Assembly: GCA_043812495.1 (NCBI GenBank)
Contig: JBDRMG010000016.1
Location: 2,137 to 66,136 of the forward strand
Origin: Candidatus Omnitrophota bacterium
GTDB taxonomy: Bacteria; Omnitrophota; Gorgyraeia; Zapsychrales; JBDRMG01
Length of the DNA: 64,000 bases
Reading direction: 5' to 3'
Shown here: in pieces, positions 10,135-19,611 of the stretch
Layout of the letters: each line of letters opens with the position of its first letter
Numbering within the stretch: position 1 is the stretch's first letter
The notes under the pieces: generated by a model
Told to the model about the DNA's origin: nothing
Databases searched by the model: none
What the model saw: only the letters and a program-made list of their open reading frames with translations
Translations under genes and position numbers: made by a program

Positions 10135-11391
10135 TTATCGAATGAGTTTCAGCAATTCTCTTTTAATCTGATCTCTCTCGACGCAGACAACCTCTTGTGT
10201 CTTTCTGTTCTTGATTTCAACAACCCCTTCGTTCAAAAACCGTTTTCCGATAATGACGCGCCAGGGAATGCCGATCAAATCAGCGTCTTTGAATTTTTTT
10301 CCTGCGCTTTCATCCCGATCATCCACAAGGACCTCTAGTCCGCTAAGTACAAGTTCCTTCTCAATCTCTAAGGCCAACGCATTGACTTTTTCTTCGCTGT
10401 TTTGAACAGGCAAAATTTCAACGTCGAAAGGAGCCACTTCTACGGGCCAAATAATACCATTTTGATCGCAATGCGTCTCTATAATCGCAGCGATGAGACG
10501 GCTGACGCCAATCCCGTAACATCCCATGATCATAGTTTGCTGCTTTCCGGATTCGTCCAGATAATTCGCGCCCTGTGCTTTGCTGTATTTTGTCCCTAAT
10601 TTAAAGATATGTCCCAATTCAATGGCGGCTAATTTTTTGAGCTTTCCTTTTTTGCATTCAGGGCAAGAATCATTTTCTTTAGAGGAACCCGTAACGCCGA
10701 CTTTGAATGAGCAAGCACTACACGCCAGCACCGCGTCTTCTCCGATAGGAGCCGGAACCATAAATTCATGGGAAACATCCCCGCCCATGGCCCCTGAGTC
10801 CGCCTCGGCAATAACTGTTTCAAGATCGCATCGATGAAAAACCTTTTTGTAGGCTTCATACATACGCTGATAATTTTGATCACATCCTTTTTCGTCGCGA
10901 TCAAAGCTGTAGGCATCTTTCATAATAAATTCACAGGCCCGGACAATACCAAACCGCGGACGCATCTCATCTCTGAACTTTGTTTGAATTTGATAAAGGA
11001 CAAGCGGAAGCTGTCTATACGATTGAACATAATTTTTCACCAAATCCGTAATTACTTCTTCATGCGTCGGCCCCAGGCACATTGGCCGCCCTTTTTTGTC
11101 CTCATAGCGAATCATTACATCGGCTAGTGTCTTATCGCGGCCCGTCGTCTCCCAAAGGCTGATCGGTTGTAAAACCGGCAAAAAAAGTTCATGCGCGCCC
11201 GCGGCATTCATTTCCTGACGAATGATATCTTCGATGCGCCTTAGTATACGTAAACCCAAAGGAAGATAAGAATAAACACCTGAGGTCAGCATATTAACCA
11301 ATCCTGCGCGCAAAAGAAGCTGATGGCTCACAGCCTCAGTGCCGACAGGAGCTTCTTTCAAAGTGGGAATGAAGAATTTTGACCAAAGCAT
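10135..11391 (-). CDS. proS: Prolyl-tRNA synthetase, short form without INS editing domain
   Basis: SHQLLLRAG, GPTHEEVIT, KFRDEMRPRFG, GHIFKLGTKYS, MGCYGIGVSR; 418 aa. Confidence 0.97.
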   Translation of the reverse strand: MLWSKFFIPTLKEAPVGTEAVSHQLLLRAGLVNMLTSGVYSYLPLGLRILRRIEDIIRQEMNAAGAHELFLPVLQPISLWETTGRDKTLADVMIRYEDKKGRPMCLGPTHEEVITDLVKNYVQSYRQLPLVLYQIQTKFRDEMRPRFGIVRACEFIMKDAYSFDRDEKGCDQNYQRMYEAYKKVFHRCDLETVIAEADSGAMGGDVSHEFMVPAPIGEDAVLACSACSFKVGVTGSSKENDSCPECKKGKLKKLAAIELGHIFKLGTKYSKAQGANYLDESGKQQTMIMGCYGIGVSRLIAAIIETHCDQNGIIWPVEVAPFDVEILPVQNSEEKVNALALEIEKELVLSGLEVLVDDRDESAGKKFKDADLIGIPWRVIIGKRFLNEGVVEIKNRKTQEVVCVERDQIKRELLKLIR

Positions 11392-11414
11392 TTTCTTAGT
11401 CCTTGGTAATCGCC

Positions 11415-12677
11415 CTATTCAAAGAAATCTTCTGCCAGTCGAACATTTCGTTTCTCAAATTTAATATAAAAAGATGGTTTTTTCTTGTCAAAAATCCACT
11501 CTCCATGAATGCGACCATCCTTCTCAACTTTTTCTTGCTGAAAAGAAAAAATATTATCCATGATAATTTTATTTTCATCGGGGATGTGTCTTACGTCTGT
11601 GATATGCGTGATACGGCGCGTGCCGTCCAAAAAGAGTTCCGTGTGCACAATCAGATCAATAGCTGACGCGATCTGACGGCGAATTTCTTCCACGCTGAGC
11701 TGAATTCCCGAAATTAGGATCATGGTCACTAAACGATTAAAGCAATCGGCCGGGGAATCGGCGTGGACAATGGCAAGCGATCCCGTATGACCGGAGCTGA
11801 TCGCCTGAATCATATCCAGGGCTTCTTCCCCGCGAACCTCACCGATAATGATACGGTCAGGCCGCATGCGCAAGGAATTGATAAACAAATCCCGAATGCT
11901 GATGATTCCTTTGCCTTCGATGTTGGCCGTTTTGGATTGCAGCTTAACGACATGATCCTGAAGCAATCTCAATTCGGAGGTATCCTCAATCGTGATAATA
12001 CGTTCTTCCTTAGGGATATAGCGCGATAAAACGTTTAACGTCGTCGTTTTCCCGGTGCCGGTAGCTCCGCAAAAAACGATGTTGAGCTTGGCCCGGATGG
12101 AGGCAACCAGAAACTCGGCCATTTTCTTATTCATCATTTGACGCTCTAATAAATCCTCGATCTTTGTAATTTTGGTCGAAAACTTCCGAACGGTGATGAC
12201 CGGACCGCTTAAGGACACGGGAGAAAGAATGACATTCACGCGCGAGCCGTCGGGCAAAGAAAAATCGACATAGGGAGAGGATTCGTCAACCCGTCGACCT
12301 GAACCCGAGGCGGATAAAATTTTCTGAACCGTATGAACCAATTCCCTTTCATCTTTAAAGGTCACTTCGGTTAACAGGATTTTGCCGTCCTGTTGGATAT
12401 AGATTTGCTTTGGTCCGTTGACCATAATCTCCGAGACCGATTCATCCTCCAACAGAGGACGTAAAGGGCCGTAGCTCACCACCGAACTCACAAGCTCCCT
12501 AATGATTGCGGTTCGTTCTTCCGGTGCCAGTTCTATTTCGCTCTTTTCGCAAACCTCGTCGATCCCTTTGGAGACATATTCCCTCAATTGATCTTCCGAA
12601 AGTTTGTCTTTAAGCTCTAGGAATTCCTTGTTGGTGAAAAAATAATGATTTATTTTTCTTCTTGTCTTTTCTTGCAT
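11415..12677 (-). CDS. cpaF: CpaF/TadA-family Flp pilus assembly ATPase
   Basis: YGPLRPLL.DESVSEIMVNG, LPDGSRVN, GATGTGKTT, IEDTSEL, LRMRPDRIIIGEVRG. Confidence 0.92.
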   Translation of the reverse strand: MQEKTRRKINHYFFTNKEFLELKDKLSEDQLREYVSKGIDEVCEKSEIELAPEERTAIIRELVSSVVSYGPLRPLLEDESVSEIMVNGPKQIYIQQDGKILLTEVTFKDERELVHTVQKILSASGSGRRVDESSPYVDFSLPDGSRVNVILSPVSLSGPVITVRKFSTKITKIEDLLERQMMNKKMAEFLVASIRAKLNIVFCGATGTGKTTTLNVLSRYIPKEERIITIEDTSELRLLQDHVVKLQSKTANIEGKGIISIRDLFINSLRMRPDRIIIGEVRGEEALDMIQAISSGHTGSLAIVHADSPADCFNRLVTMILISGIQLSVEEIRRQIASAIDLIVHTELFLDGTRRITHITDVRHIPDENKIIMDNIFSFQQEKVEKDGRIHGEWIFDKKKPSFYIKFEKRNVRLAEDFFE

Positions 12678-12704
12678 AAGGCCCTCTGTTGATTAAAAAA
12701 TTGT

Positions 12705-13796
12705 TTAAGGCTTTAGATCTTGCCAGAATCCAACCAGCTTATCAATCCATCCAAACCGTGAAAAATCATTATAAAAAACGAAAACCGCTAAGCAAATAAT
12801 CAGGCTAAAACCAATACGGTTGATCATTTCGTCTGCTTTAACGGATAAGGCCTTTCCCCGTATTTTTTCGATCGCCAGAAAAAATAAATGTCCGCCATCC
12901 AGAATCGGTAAAGGCAAGAGATTAAAAATGGCGAGTGATGCGCTCACGACCGCCATAATCAGAATTACGTAAGACAGCCCCTGCGAAGCCGCGTCTTGTA
13001 TAATTTTATATATTCCCAGCGGTCCCGTCAAAGATTTCTTTGCGGACATGGCACCCGTAGCGATGAAGTAAAGAGCTTTATACGTCGTGGCGGTGATATC
13101 ATAAAGTTGCTCAAACGACTTAGAAATCGACTCCATCGGACCGTATTTGATGAAAACGATCTCATCGGTGGACATAATCCCAACAAGGGGAATTTCTTCT
13201 TTTTGTCCAAAAATGTTCTTTAGAATTTCTATTTGAGGAGTGACCATTTTTGTAATCTCTTGACCGTCCCGTACAACCGTAAAGGCTAAAGTGTCCTTCT
13301 TCATTGTGCGCACAGCCTTCAAAATATCTTCAAAGCTTTTAATCTTTTGTGAATCGATGCGTATGACCATGTCTCCTTCTTGAATTCCGACTTCCTGCGC
13401 AGGATAACCCTCGCGAATTTCACCAATGGTATTGGACAAATACGGATAGCCTGTCACAAAAATCATCCAAAAACACACAAAGGCCATCAAGTAATTCACG
13501 ATTGGACCGAAAACAACAATGAGAGCGCGATGCCCCGGCGGATGAGAAAAAAATTCATCTTTTTGTCCGGTGCACTGAGAGCGCTCATCACCAGCCATCT
13601 TGACATAACCCCCAACCGGTATAAGGCAAAGAGCGAATTCTGTTCCCCGAAAAACCTTTGAGACAAGCTTTGGCCCAAATCCTACGGCAAACCGCTCCAC
13701 CCGTATCCCCAGAGATTTTGCGGTCAGAAAATGCCCCAGCTCATGAACAACAATGAGGATGCTAATGACAATAAGAAATATAAGAAGACCTAGCAT
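12705..13796 (-). CDS. rseP: RIP metalloprotease RseP
   Basis: HELGH, GGYVKMAG, PDZ segment, NLLPLPILDGGH. Confidence 0.96.
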   Translation of the reverse strand: MLGLLIFLIVISILIVVHELGHFLTAKSLGIRVERFAVGFGPKLVSKVFRGTEFALCLIPVGGYVKMAGDERSQCTGQKDEFFSHPPGHRALIVVFGPIVNYLMAFVCFWMIFVTGYPYLSNTIGEIREGYPAQEVGIQEGDMVIRIDSQKIKSFEDILKAVRTMKKDTLAFTVVRDGQEITKMVTPQIEILKNIFGQKEEIPLVGIMSTDEIVFIKYGPMESISKSFEQLYDITATTYKALYFIATGAMSAKKSLTGPLGIYKIIQDAASQGLSYVILIMAVVSASLAIFNLLPLPILDGGHLFFLAIEKIRGKALSVKADEMINRIGFSLIICLAVFVFYNDFSRFGWIDKLVGFWQDLKP

Positions 13797-14950
13797 AATG
13801 GCGACAAAACCTTTCTGGCTTCCTGCCTGGCCCAGGCATCGGCATCAAGTATTTCTTTTAAATCTGTTTTTGGTGATGCCTTGTGCCGGCAGACAACTTT
13901 TTCAACTATTTTATGTATCTTCGAAAAATTAATACGGCGTTCCAAAAACGCACGAACAGCTTCTTCATTGGCTGCATTCAAAACACAGGGAAATGTCCTC
14001 TCTTTCTTTGCCACGTCATAACACAGCGCCAGTGAAGGAAATTTCTTAATATCAGGTTTGGCAAACGTGAACTGGCCCAATTGATCAAAGTTAACTGTTT
14101 TTAAACCAGACGGCAAACGGTTCGGATAGGTTAGCGCGTATTGGATAGGCAGCTGCATATCCGTAATGCCCATTTGTGCCATGATGGAACCGTCTTGATA
14201 TTCGACCATCGAATGGATAATGGCTTGCGGATGAATCAACACGTCAATTTCTTCAACCTTTAATCCAAACAGCCATTTGGCTTCAATAATTTCCAATCCC
14301 TTATTCATTAATGTTGCGGAATCAACCGTTATCTTTTTCCCCATTTGCCACCGCGGATGTTTCAAAATCTTCTCGACCGATAGCTGGTCAAAGTCTTTTT
14401 TGCTTCTATCATAAAGAGGGCCTCCGGAGGCCGTCAGATAGACTTTCTTCAATTCTTTTCGATTATTGCCGCTGAGGCATTGAAATATCGCGCTTTGCTC
14501 ACTATCCACCGGAATAATCGCGGCCTGATGCCTTTGAGCCTCTTTCATAATGACATCACCGGCCATGACGATGGCCTCTTTGTTGGCCAAAGCCACAGTC
14601 TTGCCACAGCGAATAGCGCTTAAAAAAGGTTCAAGAGCAATGCTTCCGCTAATACCAAGAATCACAAGATCCACGCTAGGATGCGTTGTGATTCTCTCCA
14701 TTTCGAGGTGGGCATCGAGTATTTTTGTCCTTTGAGAATGAACGGCTCTTTTTAGGCGACCGATGTTTTCAGGGTGCACAGCCGCAAAAAAGGGCTGATA
14801 TTTGCGGATCTGTTTTTCCAGCAGGCGAACATTATTGTAGGCTGTCAGGCCAACAACGCGAAAACGATTTGGATATCGATCAATGACCTTCAGGGCATTG
14901 ATGCCGATAGAACCGGTTGATCCTAAGATGGCAACTCTTTTTACGTTCAT
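13790..14950 (-). CDS. dxr: 1-deoxy-D-xylulose-5-phosphate reductoisomerase
   Basis: LGSTGSIG, LANKE, PVDSE, LTASGGP, KITVDSATLMNKGLE, NAANE. Confidence 0.98.
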   Translation of the reverse strand: MNVKRVAILGSTGSIGINALKVIDRYPNRFRVVGLTAYNNVRLLEKQIRKYQPFFAAVHPENIGRLKRAVHSQRTKILDAHLEMERITTHPSVDLVILGISGSIALEPFLSAIRCGKTVALANKEAIVMAGDVIMKEAQRHQAAIIPVDSEQSAIFQCLSGNNRKELKKVYLTASGGPLYDRSKKDFDQLSVEKILKHPRWQMGKKITVDSATLMNKGLEIIEAKWLFGLKVEEIDVLIHPQAIIHSMVEYQDGSIMAQMGITDMQLPIQYALTYPNRLPSGLKTVNFDQLGQFTFAKPDIKKFPSLALCYDVAKKERTFPCVLNAANEEAVRAFLERRINFSKIHKIVEKVVCRHKASPKTDLKEILDADAWARQEARKVLSPLC

Positions 14951-14955
14951 AGCGC

Positions 14956-15774
14956 TTACAAGGTTCCCAGCACAGCGCTCATATACAGATAAAAAGCCGG
15001 AGCCGAGAATAATAAGCTATCAATCACATCCATAATGCCACCCATGCCCGGAAGGGCCTTTCCGGAATCTTTAATATTGCAATCGCGTTTAATCAGAGAT
15101 TCGGATAAATCTCCCAGCTGGCCGACAGCTCCGAAGAAAGCGCCCATAAAGGCAACATGAATCAGGGAAAAATTCGGGACTTCCGGCAATAACGACCTTG
15201 CACAAATCGCTGTAACAATACTGAATAAAAGACTTCCCAGACATCCTTCTACGGATTTATTAGGGCTGATGTGCGGCAACAAAGGTCGCCGCCCAAATTT
15301 CTCTCCGATGAATAAGGCACCGATGTCTCCCATCTTCGTCACAAGAAGGATAAACGCAAGCAGATTCTGGCCATTGACATCGGGAAGAAGACGGATTTTC
15401 ACAAGAAAACTGAAGAACCATGAAATATACAAGATACCGAATAAAGTCGTGGATATGCCGACAATCGCATTTTTACTATCCTGCCTTCGGAATTGCAAAA
15501 ACAAAATTAATAAAAAGGCCAAAACAGTGAGCAAAAGTTCCCAATTTCTTGTCAATTCAAACCGGCTAAAGATGGATAAGGGAATCAATAAGCCGATGAA
15601 TATCCCGACATAACTATAGATGGGAATCCCTTTTTTCTTGACCATATGAAAAAATTCATAAAGCCCGCCGATCGTTAAGGCCACAATCGTGGCAATAAAT
15701 ATCCACTGGTTTAAAACAGCCAAAACGGCCAAGATTATCATGAGAAGCGCGCTGATTGTTCGCTTGATTGTCAT
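14956..15774 (-). CDS. cdsA: Phosphatidate cytidylyltransferase
   Basis: ISPNKSVEG, GDLSESLIKR..IKDSG..LPGMGGIMD; multiple TM helices. Confidence 0.95.
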   Translation of the reverse strand: MTIKRTISALLMIILAVLAVLNQWIFIATIVALTIGGLYEFFHMVKKKGIPIYSYVGIFIGLLIPLSIFSRFELTRNWELLLTVLAFLLILFLQFRRQDSKNAIVGISTTLFGILYISWFFSFLVKIRLLPDVNGQNLLAFILLVTKMGDIGALFIGEKFGRRPLLPHISPNKSVEGCLGSLLFSIVTAICARSLLPEVPNFSLIHVAFMGAFFGAVGQLGDLSESLIKRDCNIKDSGKALPGMGGIMDVIDSLLFSAPAFYLYMSAVLGTL

Positions 15775-15775
15775 G

Positions 15776-16510
15776 TTAAGATCCTGTGACTTTGATAGCG
15801 CCATAGCGTCGTTCTCGCACTTGAAAATCCGCTATGGCTTTGCGAAAATTTTTTTCTTTAAAATCCGGCCAATACGTATCCGTAAAATAAAGCTCTGCGT
15901 AAGAAAGCTGCCAGAGAAGAAAATTGCTGACGCGAAGCTCACCGGAGGTGCGAATCAGCAAGTCCGGATCCGGTTGACCCTTGGTATAGAGGGCATCGCT
16001 AAGAGTGTGCTCATCAATTTCTTGTACATTGATCTTGCCATCTTTAACATCTCGAGCAATTTTCCTGACCGCATCAACAATCTCTTGACGACTACCGTAA
16101 CTAAAAGCAACATTAACGATCAGGGTCTTGTTCTTGGCTGTCAGCCGTTCAGCAGATTCAATGGCTTCCAAAACCCTTGGGGCTATATCATTTCTACGTC
16201 CGATAAATCTCAACTGAATATCTTCTTGATCCAATTTTTTGATTTTCTTTTGCAAGACGGAAATGAGGGCCCTCATCAACATGTTGACTTCTTGTTTGGG
16301 GCGGGTCCAGTTTTCCGTCGAGAACGCATACAGGGTCAAAACCTTAACACCCATCTTCCCTGCCGCTTCAATCATTTCTTCGATTCTTTTGATGCCCTCG
16401 ACATGACCGCGCGTCCGCGGTAATCGTTTCTGTTTAGCCCATCGTCCGTTGCCATCCATAATGATGGCCACATGTTTTGGAATAGGTCCCGTCATTCTTA
16501 AGTCGGTCAT
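15776..16510 (-). CDS. uppS: Undecaprenyl diphosphate synthase
   Basis: PKHVAIIMDGNGRWA, YAFSTENW.RP, PDLLIRTSGE.RVSNFLLWQ. Confidence 0.97.
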   Translation of the reverse strand: MTDLRMTGPIPKHVAIIMDGNGRWAKQKRLPRTRGHVEGIKRIEEMIEAAGKMGVKVLTLYAFSTENWTRPKQEVNMLMRALISVLQKKIKKLDQEDIQLRFIGRRNDIAPRVLEAIESAERLTAKNKTLIVNVAFSYGSRQEIVDAVRKIARDVKDGKINVQEIDEHTLSDALYTKGQPDPDLLIRTSGELRVSNFLLWQLSYAELYFTDTYWPDFKEKNFRKAIADFQVRERRYGAIKVTGS

Positions 16511-16637
16511 ATTCTTTAGAATTTCTATCAAACAAAATGGGGGATAAGCATCCCCCATGAAGAGATCGTAACCTTTTGGCTACTTCGAATATCAATTAAT
16601 AAAACATATTCATGCTTATCGGAATCAATGCGGTGTC

Positions 16638-17018
16638 TTAAGGCGCTGCCTCTTCTTGAAGGGGCTCGGGCACGAGGGCATCCTTGAGCTCATCCTCAAG
16701 AATATCCTTCAACTTAATGACCTTTTCATATTCTTTTCTGAGATTTCCGCTGGCGATCTTTTCTTTTTCTAAGATCGCTTGAATCCCCTGAACTTGATTG
16801 CGAACGCTGATCAGTTCATTCTCAAAGGAAGCAATTCTTGTCTGGCTTTTTTGAAGTTCTTCCTCGGCCGTGAAGCGTTTTAATCGCTCGCTACTGAGAG
16901 CTTGTTCGTTCTGCTGAACTGTTTGGCTTGCCTTGACGGCAAAGACCAAACATCCGATGGATAAAACAGCCGTTAAAATCAAGATTTTGTCTTTCAAAGT
17001 TCTCTCCTTTGCGCCCAA
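16638..17018 (-). CDS. Hypothetical membrane-anchored coiled-coil protein
   Basis: N-terminal hydrophobic helix then ~90 aa heptad-rich region; co-oriented, fills the gap. Confidence 0.7.
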   Translation of the reverse strand: MGAKERTLKDKILILTAVLSIGCLVFAVKASQTVQQNEQALSSERLKRFTAEEELQKSQTRIASFENELISVRNQVQGIQAILEKEKIASGNLRKEYEKVIKLKDILEDELKDALVPEPLQEEAAP

Positions 17019-17038
17019 CTCCGCTAGGCAAAGTCAAA

Positions 17039-17674
17039 CTATTTTAAGTTCTGCTTCTCAAGAATGGCTTTTTCTTTAATCGTCTTGGGCAATATGACAA
17101 TTTCCACTCGACGATTCTGCTGACGGCCTGCCTTTGTGTCGTTGCTCGTCACGGGATGATATTCCCCGTAACCTGTGGCAGATAAACGATCGGGCGATAT
17201 CCCTTCTGTGTCTGCTAAAAAGTGTAAAACACTTAATGCTCGCGCAGCCGATAATTCCCAGTTGGATTTCCATTTTGAATACTTGATGGGAATGTTATCC
17301 GTATGCCCTTCGATGCCGACATTCAAATCGCGAACCGTCGTCTTCAGGACCCGGGCAACATCGGAAAGGGTCGATAAGGCATTGGATTTCAATTCTGCTT
17401 TTCCCGAATCAAAAAGAACCTCATTGACAAAGGTAATGACAAGACCTTTTTCAAGCATTTCCACCTTGACTTCGCTGTCCGAAATCTCTCTTTTGAGAAG
17501 ATCTTCCAGCTCAAGTTTGGCTCTCTCAAGCTCGCTCAACTCCTTTTGCAGCTGCGAGATTTTCTGTGCATGAGCCGGTCTACCCTTTTGAAAAATAACC
17601 GTACATCCCGTAAGGGTCAAAACAGCAAATGACACAAGAAAGACAATAGACATAAGCATTATTGTTTTTTTCAT
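17039..17674 (-). CDS. OmpA/MotB-family peptidoglycan-binding lipoprotein
   Basis: Lipobox LTGC, coiled coil, VLFDSGKA, IEGHTDN, NWELSAARA, NRRVEIV. Confidence 0.9.
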   Translation of the reverse strand: MKKTIMLMSIVFLVSFAVLTLTGCTVIFQKGRPAHAQKISQLQKELSELERAKLELEDLLKREISDSEVKVEMLEKGLVITFVNEVLFDSGKAELKSNALSTLSDVARVLKTTVRDLNVGIEGHTDNIPIKYSKWKSNWELSAARALSVLHFLADTEGISPDRLSATGYGEYHPVTSNDTKAGRQQNRRVEIVILPKTIKEKAILEKQNLK

Positions 17675-17867
17675 TACAGCCTCCTTTTGCGTTCGTTTAT
17701 TGACCTTTTCTCAATTTAAACATTATGGAAGTCAATATTTGGCCTTCTTCCTAGAAGAAAAATGTCAAAATTGGCCTACCTCTACGTCTTTATTAAGGAA
17801 AAGGCCAATAAATCAACAAAATTGTCCGCAACCGTCTGCTAAATTTATAGTTACGTTTCAGTAACCC

Positions 17868-17896
17868 ACCTTAACATAAGCCAAAATCAAAGTCAA
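17868..17896 (-). promoter_or_regulatory. Putative sigma70 promoter for the ompA-like gene
   Basis: TTGACT-17 bp-TAAGGT with TG extended -10 on the minus strand. Confidence 0.45.
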
Positions 17897-17940
17897 GAAA
17901 ATTTTGGAAACTCAATTCGCAGGGCATGAAATACGTCCAT

Positions 17941-19215
17941 TTAGCGAATGATAATTTCGTCCCTCTTGGAGCCGATCGAAATATATTTCACCCCCACTTT
18001 CAAAAGCTGCTCTAAGCGCTCGATATAACGTCTGGCGTTGACCGGAAGCTGTCGAAACGTTCGCACACCGTGCAAAGGTTTCTGCCAGCCACTTAATTCT
18101 TCGTAAACCGGCTTTGCTTTCTGGATGACCTCCAAATCCAAGGGGAAATCTTTTAACAGTTTTCCTTTATATCGATAGGCCGTACAAATCTTTATTTTCT
18201 TAAGGTTATCCAATACATCCAGTTTCATAATAGCGAGTTCGCTGGCCCCGTTAATAATAACGGCATACCTCACCAGAACGCTATCAAACCAGCCGCAACG
18301 TCGAGGCCGACCGGTTGTGGCTCCGTATTCTTTTCCTTTTAAGCGGATTTCATCTTTGAGTTTTGTAGAAAACTCCGTTGGGAACGGCCCCTCGCCCACT
18401 CTGGTTGTATACGCTTTAACAACGGCAATGGCCTTATGGATCCTAGTTGGTGATACACCGCTTCCGGCGCACACACCCCCGGCAATAGAGTTGGATGACG
18501 TCACGAAAGGATATGTGCCAAAATCGATATCCAAAAATGTCCCTTGCGCTCCCTCAAACAAAATTGATCTCTTATTGTCAATCGAACGGTTGAGAAGCAG
18601 GGCCGTATCGCAAATATAAGGCTTGAGGATACGGCCGTATTCCAAATATTCATTGTAGACATCTTTAAAGGAGAACGGCGGCTTATGATAAACCCTCTGG
18701 AAGGTCTCATTCTTTTCTCTAAGATTATCCTTGAGTTTCAAAGCCAGCAAGTGCGCATTGAGTAGATCTACAACACGAATTCCGCAACGTGTCACTTTAT
18801 CCGCATAACAAGGGCCTATGCCGCGGCCTGTTGTACCGATTTTATTTTTTCTCTTGGATTCCCGCAGGGTATCCAAAATTCTATGATACGGCATGACCAC
18901 ATGCGCATTACCGGAAATCTTCAACTTTTTAGGCGTTACGTCAATATGCTGACTTTTCAGCCCGTTCATTTCGCCCAAAAGAGCTTTGGGATCCACAACA
19001 ACACCGTTGCCGATGACACAGATTTTGCTTCTATGTAGTATTGCGGATGGAATCAAGTGAAAGATGTATTGTTTTTCTCCGACAACAACGGTGTGCCCCG
19101 CATTATTTCCGCCTTGATAGCGAACGGTGATATCCGCATCCTTGGAGAGAATATCAATGAGCTTGCCTTTTCCTTCATCCCCCCACTGGGCGCCAAAAAC
19201 AACGACTGTATTCAT
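17941..19215 (-). CDS. purA: Adenylosuccinate synthetase
   Basis: GAQWGDEGKGK, GGNNAGHT, IGTTGRGIGP, EGAQG, TTGRPRRCGWFD. Confidence 0.98.
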   Translation of the reverse strand: MNTVVVFGAQWGDEGKGKLIDILSKDADITVRYQGGNNAGHTVVVGEKQYIFHLIPSAILHRSKICVIGNGVVVDPKALLGEMNGLKSQHIDVTPKKLKISGNAHVVMPYHRILDTLRESKRKNKIGTTGRGIGPCYADKVTRCGIRVVDLLNAHLLALKLKDNLREKNETFQRVYHKPPFSFKDVYNEYLEYGRILKPYICDTALLLNRSIDNKRSILFEGAQGTFLDIDFGTYPFVTSSNSIAGGVCAGSGVSPTRIHKAIAVVKAYTTRVGEGPFPTEFSTKLKDEIRLKGKEYGATTGRPRRCGWFDSVLVRYAVIINGASELAIMKLDVLDNLKKIKICTAYRYKGKLLKDFPLDLEVIQKAKPVYEELSGWQKPLHGVRTFRQLPVNARRYIERLEQLLKVGVKYISIGSKRDEIIIR

Positions 19216-19231
19216 GGAAGCCTTTCTTTTC

Positions 19232-19528
19232 AATGAGGCCTAAATTTACGGAATGAAGTGACGTAAATTTGACGGCCGAATCCTTCGACCTAGCTCAGGA
19301 TGTCCTTCGACTTGGCTCAGGATCATTCGAAGGATCATGAGCAACGTCGAATGAGAAGGATGGTGAGCCCGTTCGACTCACTTCGTCCTTCGAGAGGCTC
19401 AGGACTTGGCCTGAGCAAGGCGAAGCCGCGTCGAAGGCCTTCGTTCGCTCAGGGTCCTGAGTTTATCGAAGGACGAAAGTCGAACCATTGACCCCGAGCT
19501 CGCCATTGATTCAGTAGCGAGCGAGGGG
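19232..19528 (-). repeat. Composite palindromic element carrying a nested REP-like cluster
   Basis: AATGA-hairpin-GAAT (19232-19281), REP-like TCCTTCGACnnnGCTCAGGA units in both orientations (19281-19487), cccc-ga-gctcgc...gcgagc-ga-gggg (19492-19528). Confidence 0.85.
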
Positions 19529-19570
19529 ATTAAGCAAATTAAATTATAATATTTCCTTATTTCCCGACAC

Positions 19571-19603
19571 AAAAAAGCGGCGGTTCGATTTGTCCCACCG
19601 CTT
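19571..19603 (-). terminator. Intrinsic terminator after serA
   Basis: Minus strand AAGCGGTGG-loop-CCGCCGCTT running into a T tract, 8 nt after the serA stop. Confidence 0.75.
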
Positions 19604-19611
19604 GATACGCT

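Noticed and set aside
15689-16423. 244-aa plus-strand ORF and the other plus-strand or nested ORFs in the track
   Set aside because: Antisense or alternate-frame shadows of well-identified genes with no recognisable motifs.
19281-19487. Possible CRISPR array or purine riboswitch upstream of purA
   Set aside because: Units are in both orientations, nested and lack regular unique spacers. There are no cas genes and no recognisable riboswitch consensus.
19300-19491. 63-aa plus-strand ORF
   Set aside because: Simply a translation of the REP-like cluster.
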